A DNA stretch of 64,000 bases from assembly GCA_013239625.1 (NCBI GenBank), contig MU056756.1, positions 310,001 to 374,000 on the forward strand, in the 5' to 3' direction. The translations under genes and the position numbers were made by a program. Numbering within the stretch: position 1 is the first letter of the stretch; each line of letters starts with the position of its first letter. Under the pieces are notes generated by a model. The model made no database searches and was not told the origin of the DNA. It saw only the letters and a list, made by a program, of their open reading frames with translations. Below are positions 59,601-64,000 of this stretch, piece by piece. The DNA is from Lama guanicoe. Its lineage: Eukaryota.

Positions 59601-62600
59601 CGTGGAGGAGGTTCTGTGTGAGGCGGTCGCAGCTGCCTTCTGGGAGCTTCGGTTTCCCTGAGAGTCCGGACTCTCCCCAGGGCACGCGCCAGGGACGCTG
59701 GAGCCATGGTTAGAGACCAGACTTTCAGCTTCCTGTTCCTTCCCCCCCAGGTCTGCGACTCCCGCTGATGCAGCCCTGGTGGCCAGTCTTAGTCCAGGCG
59801 AGTCGGGTCGTGCAGGGCCCGGTCCTCTCTCAGCCGGTGGAGGAAGACGCACTTCCCGCCCGCGTCCTGGGCCAGTCTGAGTCCTGCTTCCTGTCGGCAA
59901 GTGTGACCGGTTCTTGGTGTAGTAACACAGGGTGATGTGACGTCGTGGAGGAGGCTGGCCACCAGTGTGTGCCTGGCGCTTCCTGGCCTAAGTCGTTCTC
60001 CCAAAACAGCCTCATATTTGTGTATTTGTGTCAAAGAGGAGGTGGGGGACCTCACGGGGAATAGTGTGGGGTCCCCGGCCGTGCGACAGGTGCTTTGTAA
60101 GCTTCCCCTCCCCTGGTTTCCTGGGTCCCCTGGGAAGTGAAACGTCACTATCCACGTTTTCTTGCCCTGATTCAGTGACACCTGAAACAACACAGGAGCT
60201 GGATTCCAATTGTACAGACGAGGGCACTGGGTATCGAAGACACTAGATCACCGTCCACGTCCACGCAGCTATGATTCAGACACGCAGATTCAGCCTGTGG
60301 TTCTTTCCTTCCTAATACGCTGTGCCGCTGTGAGCGTACAGCCACTTAGATGAAGCTCATGTAACTGAAACCGTATTTGGTCACTCTACAGCTGCCAAGT
60401 AAAATAAACTATGTAATGATTTGTGTCAACCACATTACTTCTTAAAATTTAAAAAACAAAGCAAAGTAAAAAAAAAAACTCTGTGGTGCTGCATCGCACT
60501 GAGACATAAGCAGATGCCGTCTCGTCACTGCCGCGCCACGTGCGTCCCTGTGCGCGGGTGTGCAGTCTAGTCCTTCCCCGAGGTGCGCGAGCCGGGATGT
60601 TCACTTACTTGTGTTGAGAATGCCACCTTTACGCTTGATTCACAGTTCGTGCCACTCTGCCCTGAGTGATTTTGGGTTATTAGTTAAGATTATACATTTC
60701 AGGGCTGTGTGGGTAACCTTATAAATACGCTGTTTCCATGTGTAGAAATTGCTCTTTCATGACCTTGAAGAGTCACGGTCGCATAAGTGGCCTCGTGTGG
60801 AAGTCACTGCATCTGTACCAGGTGTTTAACCCGTGGGCCACCGTGCATGGTTGGCGTGGACCCACGTGGCCCTTTAAAGACAGGCTTGCCCTTGCTGGGG
60901 CCATCGTCCAGTCTCACCGGCCCTGCAGAGTGTCTGCCTGTGATTCCTCCACCGACAACTGTCAAGCTCATGTTCTGGTGATCTGATCACTTTAGGGACC
61001 CTTAGCGGGACCCTGACTTTCCATTTCCCAAAGGACGTGAGCGATCCGTGGAACTGAAACTGACTGAAATCGGAGGAAGCTTGCACGGACTGGCCCTGCT
61101 CGAGGTGCGAGCTTCTCTGGCTTCCCCCCCTCCCTCGTGCTCCTGCTGACGCCGGCGGGAATGGCTTGCTGCTTAAGAGCCCCGGCCTGCCTCATGTTTC
61201 GGAGAGAGCAGAGCAGACTGCCCTTGGTCTCTTTAAGGGATTTGTGTGACTGTGAAAAAGCGAGCTGATGCCGCCTTCGTCTCAGAAGCTGTTTGAATCA
61301 AGAAATACAGAAAACATGGAGGCCACCAGATTTACCTTTGAGGCTCTTGTACGCTTAAAGACTTTGGGGGTGCTTGGTTCCGTCTGTGAAGTGGTGACCA
61401 CTTGCTGTTTCTCAGGCGTCCCCGTGCCCTCATCCTTCACGGAGCTGCTGCAGTTGAACAGCCTGAGCAAGTCGCCGGGACTGTGAGTGTGACTACCCGG
61501 AGCAGGTTTGTTCTGAGGGTCCGGCTGCGTCCCAGCTCCTGAGATGAATCCCTGTGCAGCCAGCCCCTCACAGCCGCGGGCCCGTCTGTCCCCCCTGGGG
61601 CCCTGCACCCGGCTGGGCCCTCACCTGCTTGTCTGAGCTTCTGGAGAGAGGTGTGCGAGTTGCACACGCACCGGCCGGCACTCACTCAGCGTGTGCAGGC
61701 TTCTCTGGGTTTTCCTGGGGGAGGTGAAGTGCCTGCGTTGTCTGAAGCACCTCACGTGGGGAGAGGAGGCCACTTGGCATTTCAAGTGCATCTTCCTGTC
61801 ACAAGTGGTCGGTACAGTCAGGTGGGACTCGTGGTTACAAAACTTCTGTTGTAAATTGAGAGATTCCAGCAGCGCATTCGGGGAGCCGTCAGTGCAGACC
61901 CCCGTGTTCACTGACGACCTCGGCAGGAGGCCAGCCCGCCCCAGCTGTGGTGTGTACCAGGCCGCCCTCCCTGCTGAAAGCATCACAGAAGTGGGCACCG
62001 AGCGGCCCCGGGTGGGCCCCGCCTGGCACGCCGAGGGTGCAGCGTGCTGCAAGGAGGCGGCAGGCCTGGGCCCCCATGGGTGCTGGCAGAGGGCTCGCCC
62101 TCGAGCTGGGCTGCGGGGAAGCACCGTCCTCTGCGGCCCGGAGCCAGCGCAGCCAGCCCGTGAGTCCAGGTCCGGGTCCTGCGCATGAGACCTAGGCTGG
62201 CTGCTAGAAGTGGGCTGTTCAGTGCAGAAAACGCTCATGAAGACAGTGGTTTTCCATCTTGGTGAAGACCCTTGTGAACACAGCTCGCTGGCTGCAGTCG
62301 GAACCTGCAGAGCGGGGTCCCCGTCCTCGGGGCTAGTCGGAGGAAGGACACCCCCAACGTGGGGCCGGGTCCAGGACAGGAAGGGGCTGGTCCTTGTCTT
62401 CCGGTTTTCTGGGGGTGTGCGTGTGCATGTGTGTGACTTTCTCTGACCTTGGAGGCTCTTTTTTTTCACTTAAGAGACTCTTTTGTGATTATTTTTCATT
62501 GTGAACTGAGAAGGGTACGACGCATGTGCTGTTTGGTCTGGGGGGTACGCTGGTCAGCTTAGCAGTTTCCAGGGGACAGCTTCGTTCCTGCACAGAGCGA

Positions 62601-63789
62601 GTCCAGAAGCGACGGTGGCACCGCCGGTTTTGACGTGCCGCCTGGGCTGTGGACAGCTCGCTCCAGGAGGAGGGGCGGGACTCGCCTGGTGCAAGTCAGA
62701 AGCACCAGGCCGCCCCCAGGTCTTCTCGGGACCAGCCTGCCCAGGATGCCGTGTTTCCCACCGTCACACCGGCCATGATTCCGTTCTGTTCGCTCGTGTG
62801 TGTTTGTGGTACCAAATCCCGGCAGCCGGGTGAGTAAGTGGAGGCTGGTGATTCTGCAGGGTTTTCACTTAACAGGGCGTCACTCTCCCTCAGAGTCGCA
62901 GCACAGGCAGAGGCTCGGTGAGCGTGTCTCCGACGCCTGTGTCCTCGTGGGTTTATTTACATCTGACGTGACCCTGCAGGCATTTAAGCAGTGACAGGGT
63001 CTGGGGGAGCCTCGGTGTGGGTGTCCTCCGGTCACCAGTGATCGCAGTCCAGCGGGGCCTGTCTCACCCTGCAGTTTGCACCGGGCTCTCTGTAAGCACA
63101 TCGGACTCCCCCACTGTGCGCAGAGCCCCTCTGGGAGTGGACTGCTCACTGGTTTGTGAACGCTGCAAGCTCCCACCAGGTACCGTTGGAGAGCCGGCGG
63201 CCGATGGGAAGATGGTTTTGGATGCTGGCGGTCAGCGCAGAAGGCTACCCTGAGCTTCTGAGCTCCGTGATCAAAGGTCACCTCTGTTGTGGGGATCAGA
63301 GGGCTGACTGGGCAGCAGCCTGGCGGGCGGACGGGGCACAGGGCACCAGCGCCTCCAGGAGGCACCTTGGCAACCCGTCCCCCGCCTGGCTGGACGCAGC
63401 ACTGCCCGTTGGCCAGGTCAGCCCTGGAGCAGCAGCCAGTGTTGGTTCCGTGCTGGCCTCGCAACCACGTGAGGTCTGAGTGATTTGAGAGAGGAAGCGG
63501 TTCTGTGGGTCAAACTTGAAATCCGCGTGTCTCTGCTCCACTGAGAATCCAGCGGAAACCATCTCTGCAAACAGAACCTCCAGAGCGTGAGCCCCTCGCG
63601 GGGCCCCAGGAGCCACTGGCCGGGGCATCGGAGGCAGGGCGTCCTGGGAGGACTCCTGCGAGCAGCCATGTGGAGGTGACAGGGACACATGCAGGCGAGG
63701 CCTGTTCCCCCTGCGCCACGGCACGTGACTTAGAAATGGAATAAACACACGGAGCCGTGTCCGCGTCCCAGTCGCTTTAGCACCAGCTT

Positions 63790-63920
63790 TTCAGAAGGCA
63801 AGTTCCTGGGTCCTACCCAGGGTGCGTGAATTGGCCACCCCAGGAGCGAGGCGCAGGAATCTGCATTCGCACAGGTGCCCACGTTTCTCCTTATTTTCGT
63901 TAAAGTTTGTAAACTAGTCA
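63790..63920. mobile_element. MER5-like hAT-Charlie fragment
   Basis: TTCCTGGGTCCTACCC...CAGGAATCTGCATT...TAAAGTTTG. Confidence 0.5.
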
Positions 63921-64000
63921 GTTAGAATTCAGACAGGAGGCGCTGGGTGGGAGGAGCGTCCGGGGTGGGAGGGGCGGCACAGGTGGCAAGGTGCAGCGTG

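Overview
Mammalian genomic DNA, GC-rich and unusually CpG-retaining. Two tRNA-Ala-derived Vic-1-type SINEs, with no Alu, B1, Bov-A, PRE-1 or Can-SINE elements seen, point to a camelid (Camelus/Vicugna/Lama). I found no recognisable protein-coding exon. The many ORF calls are chance GC-rich frames, except two that are decayed LINE-1 ORF2 pieces. The window looks like the interior of a very large intron, probably of a + strand gene that I cannot name. It carries old repeats (L1M, L2, MIR, MaLR MLT1, ERVL MLT2, ERV1-class solo LTRs, MER5) and a few tandem repeats. The strongest non-repeat signals are a near-perfect 21-bp RE1/NRSE (REST) site at 20205-20225, an ETS+CArG module ahead of a candidate alternative first exon (~7.9-8.45 kb), a FOX:ETS composite, an RFX X-box and an orphan CpG island near 31 kb. 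The 44-56 kb segment records several rearrangements: two neighbouring solo LTRs with a homogenised core, an exact 122-bp duplication with a hairpin linker, a tail-less L1 RT fragment inside an antisense L1, a twin-primed L1 and a 52-bp VNTR. I see no evidence for a novel gene system. Repeat family names and boundaries come from recalled consensus sequences and are approximate.
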